DNA of 64,000 nucleotides, taken from assembly GCA_965637545.1 (NCBI GenBank), contig OZ281497.1, positions 18,848,001-18,912,000 on the forward strand. The letters are read 5' to 3'. Each line of letters starts with the position of its first letter. The first letter of the stretch is position 1. A model generated the notes under the pieces. It did not search any database. It was given only the letters and a program-made list of their open reading frames with translations, and was not told the origin of the DNA. Made by a program: the position numbers and the translations under genes. This document shows, in pieces, positions 27,001-40,100 of this stretch. This DNA is from Phallusia mammillata (lineage: Eukaryota).

Positions 27001-28988
27001 TCAACCAGTGAATGCTTGAAGTCCGGTTATTGCTCGACCAAGAATCAGGGCATGAATGTCATGTGTGCCTGAAAATAGATTTTTACTTGTTTGATGCCAA
27101 TGACATGTAAAGCTAAGTCATACCTTCGTAAGTGTTTACTGATTCCAGATTCATAACATGGCGAATTATGTGGTATTCATCGCTAATGCCGTTGCCGCCC
27201 AAAACATCACGCATTTGTCTGGCAATGTCCAACGATTTACCACAAGAGTTTCTTTTAACCAAGGATACCATTTCAGGAACTGATCTGTATCACAACATGT
27301 TAGTTTTCATTTGTAACACATCTTATTAAGCCAGTAGTTTAATTCCATCAAACATTTAGCTGAACACTTGCCTGCCTTCTTCCATCAATCTTCCAACTCT
27401 TAAACAAGCTTGTAAACCGATGGATATTTCTGTTAAGGCATCAGCAAATTTCTTTTGTATCAGTTGGTTATGAGCTAACGGTCTGTTGAACTGTATTCTG
27501 TCCAATGCATACTGGCGTGCAGTTGCAAGGCAAAATTCTGCAGCACCCAAAGAGCCCCAAGAAATACCATATCTGGCACTGTTAAGGCAGCCAAAAGGAC
27601 CCTGAAAAATGATAAGTTTTTAAAACATAAGCATTTCATGACAGGCACTTGTTAGCTTTTTGCAGTACCTTTAGTCCCTCAATATCTGGAAAAACATTTT
27701 CACCAGGAACCTTAACATCCTCCATTACAATTTGTCCAGTTGTTGATGCCCTCAGTGAAAACTTCCCTTCTATTTTTGGTGCTGATAAACCTTGCATACC
27801 CTTTTCCAAAATAAATCCCCGGATCACATTATTTTCACGCCCTTCTTTTGGACTTTGGGCCCAAACAACAAATACATCAGCAATAGGAGAGTTGGTTATC
27901 CTGTTAATAATAAAACACATTTGTAATGCTTTTCAAAGCTATGAAATGGTAACATAGAAGTACAGTATACTAAACTATTTTACCAGGACTTGGCTCCATT
28001 CAATGTGTAGGTATCAGTAGCTTTGTCGTATGTAGCTCTTGTTTCCATGCTTCCAGGGTCACTGCCATGATTTGGCTCCGTGAGACCAAATGCACCAATC
28101 AGATCACCTCTGGCTTTAAATGCAATTGTTTGCCGTTGGTACCAAATCTTTCATATGTTTACAGTCTTACCTAACTTTGGCAAAAATTTATCCTTTTGTT
28201 GGTCAGTTCCATAAGCATTAATTGGATGCATGACAAGTGACGACTGAACACTCATAGCTGATCTGTAAGCACTATCCACTCGTTCACATTCCCTGCACAA
28301 AAATGTGTTAGATGTACTAAAGCTCACATGTGTAGTTTTATAAAATACCTCGCAAGCAATCCATATGCTACAGGAGAAGCACCAGCACAACCATATCCTT
28401 GAATTGTTGCACCCAAGACCCCTAGCTCACCCATTTCACTCATTATGTTTCTGTCAAATGCTGAAAACAAATTGTTATGTTATCAAAGGCAATTGTGGCT
28501 TGGAAAACAGTTCATATTGGTTTGTATTAAAACAGTTCATACACTCAATCAAATAATAGTGCTACATATAAGAACCATATGTAAGTATATTGTGCACAGA
28601 TTAATATCACAAAGAACTCTTACTCTCATTTCTGTTGGCTTTGGTAATCCTAGGCATAAGTTTTTCTTGGCAGTATGAATGGAATTGATCTCGAATCAAA
28701 ATTTCATCAGATGTTAACTGACCTTCCAAGGTAAATGCATCCTCCCAATTAAATTTTTGCTTTGTGGATGAACTGAATTTTTGTTGATGGTTTGGAAATT
28801 TTCCTGCTAGAAAAATACTTGCTACAAATTTTGCATTGTGGGCAGTTTAAAGTGTCACAAATAGATAAAAAAAAAGATAGGTTGTCAATGCAACGTCTCA
28901 CCTACTTACCACAGCATAATGCAGTCCAGCAGACATTTGCACTCTGCAAAGAATTTCGTACAACAACACCTGTCCTTAAACAGAACAT
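27001..28988 (-). CDS. GCDH: Glutaryl-CoA dehydrogenase, mitochondrial, multi-exon
   Basis: Exons read [97 protein letters not shown] and [21 protein letters not shown] non-coding exon lies at about 29124-29165. Confidence 0.95.
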
Positions 28989-30426
28989 GTTTAATTTATA
29001 TTCTGTATAAACACAATCAATAAAAACACACTTGATATTTGCCCTGTAACTGCAATGTACCAATTGACTTATATAACCTCAACAGTCAACATAACAACTT
29101 ACAAAATACCAAGTAGAACTTACGCAATAGAACTTCTAGGCGCAACGGCGCCACTTGTGTCCACTCTAAAACAACAACAGAGTATTTTGTTAGTGGCGCA
29201 CTGCGCACATAGGATAGGTTGATGAGGGGCGTGTTTCACGCCAACTTGCTCGCAGAAATGAGTTAATGCGGCCGTGACCATGTATATTAAAATATATGTA
29301 CTGGCAGCAGTGACGTAAATAAAACTCTTTTGCCGAATAGTTCTATTTTAAAGCAGCCCAAAACGATTTTGTGTAGTTGGAATAAGTTTTGTAATACCCA
29401 GCTTAATAGCCACATGCCTCAGACTTCCCTATTTCTTTCAGTGATATTAAAATAAAAACGAGCAAACACTTTTGACGGCCTTTGGTGAAACTGCGTTGTG
29501 TTAAAAAGGATGTGCACTGCATTTTTGTTGTCAATGATTATTGCTGCAACTATTTTCACTTACATCTCCATTAGTTTACTTTTAATCTCAACGAATTGCT
29601 ATGTAGGCTACTATCACAGCTCACGCCAAACATGCGGTATAAAACACTTTTTAAGACCCAAGAAGAAAACTTCGTTGTAACTCTCGGCATGCTTTTGTTG
29701 CAGTGCAAGTGCTCTATGATAGCACAACAACAAAAATATTGCATATTATGAATGTACATTAGCTTGTCTTGTCGTTATAAAATGCGATAAAAAAACACAG
29801 TTATAGGCTATAACGGTATTGCAAAGTGAAAGAACCTTCAGTTGAACAACATGACGTCACATTTACAATTCCTGATTTTTTTTATACCGTACGCCATTTC
29901 AAACGTCTCCCCAATGCTTCTTTTTTTTCTGCCATCACTACTATAAAATGAAATCAATGTAACAGGTTAAGCCACTGATCGACAGGTCATTCGGCCCCGA
30001 GTAAAATACCTAACTTGCAATTTCCAATAGATATATGGTGGGCTAGGCCTGGCTTGAAGCCACAGTTTTGCCTCTCCATTCCTCAAAAATGTTAAAATGC
30101 ATACTCTTAATACGTCACTTTCTTGTAGTTATTAAACATACCTATAGTTTTCGCTCAACAGTTTCCATGCCAGGAAAAGTTGGATAAAAGTGTTTAGTCA
30201 GTAGGCCTATTTCTAAAATTTAGTGGATTTCTATTCAACATAACAACACTTCGGTGCCTGAAGCTTTACCGTTTAGCTAGCCTATACTTAAAATAAATTG
30301 ACACCATGAAATGAGGCTTACGCGCTTATTGTAATGACAAAAGACAGCCAGAATTGATTGTATCCTTGTTAGCAACAACATCACCAAAGCAAAACCAGCA
30401 GCAATTTAGTCGGTTGTTATTTACAT

Positions 30427-33196
30427 TTATCGACTGGCACTTGCACGATGGCCAGCTGGTGGCGCCTTTACGCCCAAGTACCGCCCTTTGTTCTCATACA
30501 ACACTGGAGGCTCGTACGACATATTAAAAGTCTTAACATGATCAATGGAGTCCACTGAAGCTGAGTCTGTCGCAAGATCACTCTGTGGAGTATTTGGCTG
30601 TGGCGCAGCCTCTTCTGCCAATGCTTTGAGAAATTGCTCTTCGGTTTCCCTCTGCCTTCGTCGAATAGATCTTTCTGTGATTTCAGTTCGGCGCAGTCGG
30701 TCTGCTAAATCAGCGATGTCAAAAAAGAAGTCACGCGAAGGCACGGTGTCTTTTGTAAATGTATGGAGTGATGTGAGTGTTCCCTTATTTTGACTGTTTG
30801 TTTGAAGAACAGGTAGATTCACAACACCGACGTGAAGATCAGCCACACGTTTATCGTACCGCGGTTTAGTTTGGATTTTAACCGGAGTCATTTGAGTTGT
30901 GCTGAAATTTTTTTCAATCTTTTTAACCTCGTCATTGCTTTTATTTTTTTCATTTGCTGGAAATAATCTAACTTTATGCGGCTTTTCTAAATCGAGTTTT
31001 CTGTACTCGACCCGCGGTAGATCTTCATCAGTGGAAGTGTCTGGGGAAAATGGAATCGCTCTAATTTCGTCGTCCAAATCCGATTCACTGGACGTCTCGG
31101 TAGCTTCTGGAATCGTTTCAAATGTTGACGCGGTGCCAGGTTTGGCAAACGACTTAGATGACTTGAGCTCCCGAGATCTACGTTTATTTATTGTCACGGA
31201 AATTTCTGGGTCTTTCTGCATGAACAAATTCTTGAGATCAACATACAAATAAGTTTCAATAGAAAATGTGTATATTTTGCTAAATTATGCTTCTGTACGA
31301 TTTCTGTAGAGCGATTCTTAGGGTGTTGTGTAACGGAATGTTGTCACATACAATGTGTTGTCGTATAAGTTATTATAAAAGATAAAAAGATAAATAGTTA
31401 TACGTTGGGTAAAATGAAATTTACAAGCAAGTCAACATTGCTTACGTCCGGTTGTTCTATGTCGGTTTTTGATTCCAATGCAGTGGGCGCTGTTGTGCTT
31501 CGTAACCGTGCACCAACATTGTCGCTAATATCTCCATCGTAAACCTTTCTCTGAACTTCACGCATGCTAAGATAAGGGGCGCGCTCATGTACCAATGCCA
31601 ACTTGTACACGTCGGTTGCAACAGAAGGACTCGTTTCTCTGCAGCAGAAAGTCACCAATGGTTACTAATCACAAACTTAACCTCAAAATCCTGTATGACT
31701 TAAACTTTGGTAAACCATTTGAAATCACACTTACATGCATCGGCGCTGATGGGACCTTTGTGACCTTGTTCTTGCACAGTCAGGGCAGGATTCGGGTCCG
31801 AGAATTTCACAGTACTCGCGAGCCATCACTGTGTTGGGATTCGTCAAAATTCGGCTTAACGATCTGCAACAAGTTTAAAACAATTGCAATTGTCGATGTG
31901 CTTTTAGAACCATGATTTAATAGAAAATAGGTTTTCGGTTGTTACCTTCCTTCTATTTGTATATCTGGAAAATCAGAGCAGCGCACACATCTATCCGCGT
32001 TGTGAATCGGGTAAGAATCTTGAGACTTGGTGGATGATTTAATGGACTCCCAAGTTCTTGGTATCTACGCCAGTTAAAAAATCCTTATTGTTTAAGAACA
32101 AGAAGCGCAAATATGGTATACTAGTATATGTATGTTAATGATTTTATAACAGCTATAATAGATATAGTCGTAGACACTAACCTCGATCTTGCTGCTTGAA
32201 TATTTCGTTGCTGTAGCATCCCCGAACATTGTTTGTGTTGAAGCTTGCTTACTGCATAACAAACCATATTTATCCTACTTCATCGCCAAAGGAACAAAGC
32301 GAACGTATTTTTACCTCATCTCCTTTGCCGATACGTGTTTCACAAGATGTTGCGCCAAACGTGGTGTTGGCAAATCTCCACGAAGTGACAAGGCCGGAGA
32401 TGTCGGCTCTTGAGAAAGCCTGCGCAGATCCACAAACTGACCCGGTTTCACCTTTCTTCTTCCGCTCTGCAGGAGTAATAGCGAGCTGCCAAACGACTGA
32501 CGGATGAGGTCGGATTCTGGCGACTGCGCCAACGCTATCACATCTTCCGGCGAAAGTTGGCTGCCTGCAAATATCAACGTAAAAGCAATCCCACGCACCC
32601 CAAAGTTACATACACTAAAGTTTGTGTATAAGTTGGACACACAAAAGCAAAAGCTCATTATCGTGTTCGTGCCATTTTGTAAGTAGCCTACCCAGTGGTG
32701 GGATTCAACTGTTTTGTCACCCGCGGTTCTATCACAAAAGTCACGTTTTAGGCGGTTCTGTTACAAAAAGTCCATTGACATTAACCAGTAATTCTGACCG
32801 GTTCGCTGATCTCATAAAATTTCGTGAGGCGGTTCTATAGAACCGGTGCGAACCGGCTGAATCCCACCACGGAGCCTATACCCAAACTCAAATTGTCAAA
32901 CTTTTTCACACTTTTAGTATGATATATTTTTGTTTTTAGTGCGAACTAGGACCGTTTAAACATTACGTAAAGTTTTTTTTTACAAACCATCGTGATCCCT
33001 TACTCGGCATTGAACTGTGATAGGAAACGCATCCTGTCTGTTATTTACCTCTTGTGCTGGGGCGCGATTGTATTTTAACCGACTTCGGAGTAGATCCTCG
33101 CCTTCCACCTTGCCTGCTAAACGTTCGGTTCGCAGTAAAGTTGTATTGGAACTCGCCCCCCGGAAAGTAAGACTTTGTCTTCGTTCCGCTAACCAT
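30427..33196 (-). CDS. Uncharacterised 7-exon gene, ~565 aa (33196-33049, 32564-32315, 32251-32182, 32064-31946, 31863-31735, 31638-31446, 31215-30427)
   Basis: All six GT-AG junctions conserve phase (1,2,0,2,2,0), giving 1698 nt with no internal stop. I recognised no domain. The start codon and the last acceptor are the least certain parts. Confidence 0.75.
32693..32872. mobile_element. 180-bp MITE, second copy of the 20855-21034 family, in intron 1 of the uncharacterised gene
   Basis: CAGTGGTGGGATTCA ... GAATCCCACCACGG. The internal sequence is collinear with the 20855 copy. Flanks are AGCCTACC / AGCCTA(TA)CC. Confidence 0.85.
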
Positions 33197-34116
33197 GTTT
33201 AAGTATACAACAGACTTTGTGCAACAGCAGGTTAAGTATTAAATCAATATAATGTCGTCTGTCTTTTGTCCGCAACCCGTCACTAAACGACTGAACGTGC
33301 TTGTATTGTATCAAACGGGTCGCCCTTCCCTCCTGTCAGGCAAATACAATTTCTTTCAGACCAGCCGTATTTACATAACATTCAATATTGTTACGGCAAG
33401 AAATGGTCGAATCGCAACAATACCTAACCCGTTACATTCTTATACAGCCACTTTCGGCACCGATGATTTAACGCCTTCCTAACTTTACGCTTTAAAATGA
33501 AATAAATGTATTTCGGAATTTGCCTTGCTGCTAGTAACACAAAAACATAAGCATTTGTCAGTGCCGTATCGTGTACTGTGACACCTTTATTCATTTTACA
33601 GGCTTGATGGGAAACATGCCTTCGCGCTTTCATTCCCTGGCAGAACAATAGGAAAACAAAACGAATTAACAGCTATTATGTCGCGCCGTAAACATAGAAG
33701 GGTTTCACAATCAACTCATTACATCGTCTTTGTTTGTCGTCCCGAAGACATTTTTGTAACCAAACTTCGCAGCCATGATTGGCAGGGTTTTATATCAAAA
33801 GATCCTTGCTGTGTTATTGTTCGCGGTAAAACGCACCGAGTCTATGCATTTCTGTTGTTGCTTCTTATAGGCCTATATTTTAAAGAAATAAAACACCTGG
33901 TTATCGTGATAAAATTGTGTAGCGCAATTTAATATAGTCGAACCGATTCCGCAGTACTTTCGCGGTGTGTACGACCCATTTTCCAACGTTTGGTTCTTTT
34001 TTAAATTCATAGTAAAACTGAACGCACAAAACAAAATTCTTTGCAAAGTTATTTTTTATTAATTTACTACACACGAAAAAAACAACCGAATCAAATTTAC
34101 TTCATACAATCACAAA

Positions 34117-37100
34117 TCATTCCTTGTGTTCAACAAACCCCCGTAGCTTGCGTTTATGCTCGGGGTTGATGGGAACGGCGTCAAGGTGGGAGCCAAACGT
34201 GTTAGTGATGCGATAAATCGCGTTTTTGCATTCGTTCCTCAAGCCACGAATTTCTCGCAATAGGGAAAGTACTGCTTGCGATGAAGAAGCTACTGGCAGT
34301 TTGTTGTATTTTTCCAGGGCCTGTGTAGAAATGTGCGAGGTTAAAAAAAATTGGCTGTAGAATGCTTCGAATGTGCAAGCCGATGTTTGACATTTTTTTT
34401 AATCAATTTGGTTCAAAATAGTTTAGGCACGATTTACTAGAGCTGGAAGCTGTGCAACAAGAATACTGGATGACCAGTATCATGTATTGTAGTAGTGTGT
34501 ACCCGTGTAACATTTTACCGTAACTTATGCAAAGGACATTATCACATCAATTGCAAAGTAAAAATGCCAAAAACAGTCGCTTACAGTGTGGAGATCCAGA
34601 AGCACTGCTATAATCTCATGAAGTCGGCGCTGCACCACGCCAAAATTGTCCTCGGTAAATGAGGCTTCCACCACAATCGAAATGCTCTGCAGTGCCCATT
34701 TACACACGCATCGCCCGGAAAACAAGTTGGCAGCGCTACGGTCTGGCATCTAAAACACGAGCAGAGCTTTTTAAGGCGAACATAGGAAATGGCCAGTCAC
34801 GATTTGCAGTGCTTAGCTGGAAATTGATTTGAAATAGCTTTTTTACGATTCTGCGCTACGATGTTCACCTTTTTAATTAAGTAAGAAACGATGGAGAACT
34901 TCTTGGCCAATTTCTCGATCCTTGCAAAAAGGCCGCTCATTTGTGTATTTAACTGGTGCTGGTCGACCTGAGAACATATGTGATTAACGATTACTTAATC
35001 GTACACTTACACGGGTTTACAAACATCATTAGAAAAACGTTTGATCTCAAAAACTTACAATCTTCCAAACACAGTAGACTAAAAAAAGTAGTTTTTTTCG
35101 TAATATACAGTAACATCGTATAAACGGAATTTGTGTAATACCCTCATTAGCCAATGAAACCGGGCCTACATTAAATACGTTTGTTGTAATCGATATATAC
35201 TTTCTCACACAATGTGCGGCAAAATGAAAGCTTGGTTCACCTTTTCGTTATAACCATCTGCATTTTGTGTCACTGGTGAATTGCTGAAGCTCCCCTAAAA
35301 GGTAAAAACGGATTTGTTAAGTTATCATTTCCAAAGAAAGGCATTGAATCATATAACAAGCGAGGTACCTTATACAGCTGTCGTGTCCACAACTTTGGCG
35401 TCGGGATAACCAGATTTGGTCCACTGCGATAAGGCGAATTTACGTTGCCCGAGTTTGTTGTGGTGGCGTCCAAAGAAGATACCTTTGAAGTAGGAACATT
35501 TATGGCTTTGCAAAATGGAAACAAATATTTATTATCCAAGTCAGAGTTTTTTTGATCGAGTCCACGGGATTAAAGATTTTTTATGAGTCTGGGACCACCA
35601 CCGATCGAAAAATACTTTCGTACATTTTTATTATCTTACATTTTAAAAGTGCACTAATCGTTACGCCCAAACAGAAGTATTTGAAAACTTTAAAAAGTTG
35701 AAAAACACGCGGTTGATTCGTTGCAATCTATACTTACATCGAAGTATGACATGTTTGGAGAATTGCTTGCATCAGATTGCAATGGACGTCGACGCAACGT
35801 GGAAACAGATAAAAATGGAGATTTTTCATCTAATAGAAAACAAAATAGATGTTGGTAAACACACAACAAAGCAAGAACACGTCACCACATAAAAGGTTAA
35901 ATTAAAACTAATTTAGCACAACATTGGTTCAACTCACACTCTAACTGTCATTTCAAGAATTGAGGTTTTCAAAAAGTCACATAGGCATACCTGTGCTAGA
36001 CTGAGATGAGGTTGATGATTTTGAGGAAAGGCGAGAAATGCCCTTCTGGTCATTATCAAAGAGACCTAAAGGACAAAAAAATAAGTAAGTTTGATTTACA
36101 CTACAGTTTTGTAGTAGTGGCAATTTTTTTAAGAAGACTGAATGGTTGAAAAACATACTTGAATGTTTAAGATTGTGGTCGGTCAAGGCATTGGTCAAGT
36201 TTTTGATACAAAGCAAACACTCATCGGCAATCACATTCCACTTTGAGGACCTGTTACCAACACCTCCCCTTTCCAAAGAAAATATTTGTTTTCGAACATT
36301 TGCTGAGTGGCAAGTGACATGACTGAGATGCTGGAATGCCAAATGCTGGCAAAATAAAAATCACATAAAACATGAAAAGTTTTTTTGCAGCCAGCATGAT
36401 GCGATGTGCCCAAAAATAAACTGGACATCGCATCAAATGGCATTACATTGTACGTGACAGATAAATCAATTAATCTTCTGATGCAACATCCTGTCTTGGT
36501 GGATAATCAAGCCCTAAGTTGGTATCAGTACGTGTCACCATCTGTCAGGCGTGTCTTGTCTTACATTTATTTTCAGTTTTTTTGTGAATTGTCATGTATG
36601 TAAACTTTTATTGAGAAGATTCTTCCTGTAGAATTCTTCCTGTTTTTGTTTGTCAAAGAAATCAAGATATGTTTAAGAAGAATTTTATCTGATGATTCAT
36701 GTGAAATGGTCTGCATATGGAGTTATAAGATACTGCCTCTATTATTTCTAGGATTTGGGGTTGTCAAACCAAAACGTGAGATTGTTTTATCAAACAGTAG
36801 ATAAACAGCCTTGAACTAGTTTTTGGTCTTCTATATCTTTTGTTTGACAAATATTGTTTCCTTTTTAGAATGCAACCTTACAAAAAGTTGTGGTGCTGGC
36901 CATATAACAAAGGAATTGTGTACTCAAAGAAGATGTTGTTACAATCCCACTAATATAAAAAACGATAATTGCTTTGCTTGGGTTCTGCCAGGTTTGTGAA
37001 CACCATTAGTATGTATTTAAATTCGTAGACTATGAAGTCAAGTTTACATTTTAGGGATATGATTATTTAAAGTATACATTTAATTTGTGGTTAAGAAGAA

Positions 37101-40100
37101 AAGCTTAACTGTAAGATGTTTTCAGAGACAGTCAAACGGAAAAGACATATTGTTTTTTGCTTGACAGACAATAAACATCATGTGTTACAAATACAAACTT
37201 ATTTGTCTTAACTTAAACGTAGACAGGAAAAAAGACAACTTTGTTGCAAAGAAATAGTAATAAAAGGTGGTGAAGTCTCCAAATCAGCCATTTTTGTGTC
37301 TAATTCAGAACCTCCGCCACCCCTTCCCTTGGTTGTACATTCACCAGAAATATTTACTGAAATATTGCCATCGGATGCCCTTGAAATTAATCCAAGCCTA
37401 GAGAGACAACTAAACAAGCTGAAAGATGAACATGCGAGTCTTACCAAAGCACAGGCCATACATATTGCAAACTCGGTAACACTATGTGAATATATTTAAA
37501 AAAACATTTATGTAACCTTTGCTGTGTAATGTTTAGTTGGAAAGATGGCTTCGAGACAAAGGACTTGAAGGTGAAGGTGTCAATTGGGACTTCAACAAAA
37601 ATGGAATTTTCAATGCATATGTCAAGGTCAGACTAGTTATAGCGTACTGAATGTTGCCCTAACTATGCTGTAGAGGTTTTTTAATGCCCATGTATTTGAG
37701 AAAAATACTTCACGTTACATAGTTGCTTCATCTGATAAAAAACAGAGTTTTATTACTGTTTGTATCATCAGTTTCCAAAATAACTGGTAAGATTTGCAAA
37801 CAATTTTGTTCATTCCTTCCTTTTTTGTGTACTTTACCCCTGTCTTTTTATTAAAAAAAGTATCTTCTGACAGAGAGACAGGTCAACATTTTTTGAACCT
37901 GTGAAGTTCAGAAGTGGCACAGTAATCGCAGTGGACAAAAAGAACCAGATCGATAAACTTAAGATTGGCCTTCTGGTATTTGTAGAATATACAACACTTT
38001 CCACAATACTTCAAGGGTAAGTGGAGAAGTAAAATCGTAATGCACCATTTACAAGTTTGTTGTCAACAGGACCAAAGAGGGTGCCCTCCAATGTACAGCA
38101 AACAATGAGTCTATTGTCTCAGTTAATGCATATACCGAGGAGGGTAATGACGTTTCAATTTCACTATCTTTTAATCAACCTATCAAGAAAAATGACAGAA
38201 AGTATGATACTGTGTCTACTCCCACATATACTCATATAACTAAATCCCTTGTTTGACAGCTTAACTTGTGAGTATTTAAATGAGACCTCACACCACTGGT
38301 TTTCTACTGGATGCATCACAACTGCTTCTGGATCCGATTCAGTTACTTGCTTTTGCAATCACACAACCAAGTTTGCAATTTTGTTTCAAGTCACACCACA
38401 TTCGTTCATGATTCCCAAGTTTCACCAAAATGTTATACAGGTAAAAAAAATGCTGATAAGACCATACTGTTCACTAAGATTTTATGAAAAGAGAAGGGTG
38501 GCCTTTCTAAAGTAAAAGTATGTGACCATCTGGTATTTTAAAAGTTTCACTGCTTTAAAATTCTATTAGGTACTGATGTGTAACAGACATTAAAAAATGC
38601 AAATTTTATCGGGCCAAAATAGTTTAATAAAAATTTATTTTTGACTAATATTTGTATTTCACAAACTTCCGAATATAATTTTTTGGAATTTACAGATTCT
38701 TGAATATGTCATGGAGGGATTGTCATTTGTCTGTTTACTAGTTACTTTTCTAAGTCTGATTCTTGTGCTTCGTCGAAGATCCAAAACTGTGTCTACTAGC
38801 AGTGCCAAAGCAAAAGAAAGAACAATTGTCCACACTAACTTTGTGGCAGCATTGGGCTCTTTTCACATGATTAGACTTCTCAGTGAAGCAGCATATGGGA
38901 TCAGCAGTTTATGTGGAGCTATTGTGTTTCTTAGGTGAGTTTAGAAAAGACATTAAGCTTTTTCTTCCGCATTTTCATGAAATTTATGAACACCTTTTTC
39001 AGTCACTATTTCATGTTGGCAAGTGGAATGTGGATGTTAATTGAGGGCATCGTTCTTTATGTTAACTTGGTCATAAAAAGCATGAAATCCACAAGACTGG
39101 GCTGGATGAAATTTGCAGCTGGATGGGGAATTCCTGGTCTTATCGTACTGGTTTCTTCAGGTATAGATCATTTTATTTCCTTTATTTAATGACTTTAGAT
39201 CCATTGACTTCTTTACATATTTTAAAGCAATTGGATTTTCGAACGACAGTTATGTTGAAAAACAGCATGATCTTCAGTGTCCATCTGGTCAGACTAGAGT
39301 TGAAATTAGTCCTCTAAGAAAGGTAAACAACCACACAGGAGAAGATTTAACTGACTTCACAAACTAACCACTAACTCTTTGGCATAGAACACAACACAAG
39401 AGTACTGCTGGTTGAGTATCTCAAGCAATATGATATGGTCAGCACTGGGGCCACTCATATTCATATTTGCAATCAACTTCTTTATTCTGATGCACACAGT
39501 TTCTTTTGTGTTGCGACTCAGTCTTAAAACAGACACAATGAAGCCGGCTAGTCAAAAAAGTCAAAACTTTAAGCATTTATGGTAAGTGCAATGAAATCAC
39601 AGCAAAAATTTGCCTGCAATTTCTGTGTATCCAGGAATACAACTAAGGGAATACTGGTGTTGTTTCCAATTCTTGGGGTACCTTGGCTAATTGGTTTTCT
39701 TGTCAATCTTGAAAACCAGACTGCAAATATTGCATTTCAATACATACATGTGATCCTGAATGGTCTACAAGGAGTATTTATTTTTATTCTTTACACTGCT
39801 GTAAACAAAGAGGTATTGCATGATACAATACACATCTTGAAATGAGTTTTCAGTCATATAATTCTTGCAGGTTCGTGAAATTGCCTATCGAGTTATCAAC
39901 AACAGATGGCAGCAGCACAAAATATCATCTTCAAGATCTGCAAACAATTCCACACTAACACCGAAAGAAAGATTTAAAAAAAGTATTACCAGCATCATGG
40001 GTACACCACTCCACAGGAAAAAGTCATAGTATGTTACGTGTTTAACCACACTTCTTCTATACCATAATAGAACTGCAGCAACATACATGCCTTAAAAGAG

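Noticed and set aside
31560-31640. Kinase subdomain IX-like motif (ATDVYKLALV..APY) in the orphan gene
   Set aside because: There is no Gly loop, VAIK, HRD or DFG equivalent in the flanking exons; likely chance.
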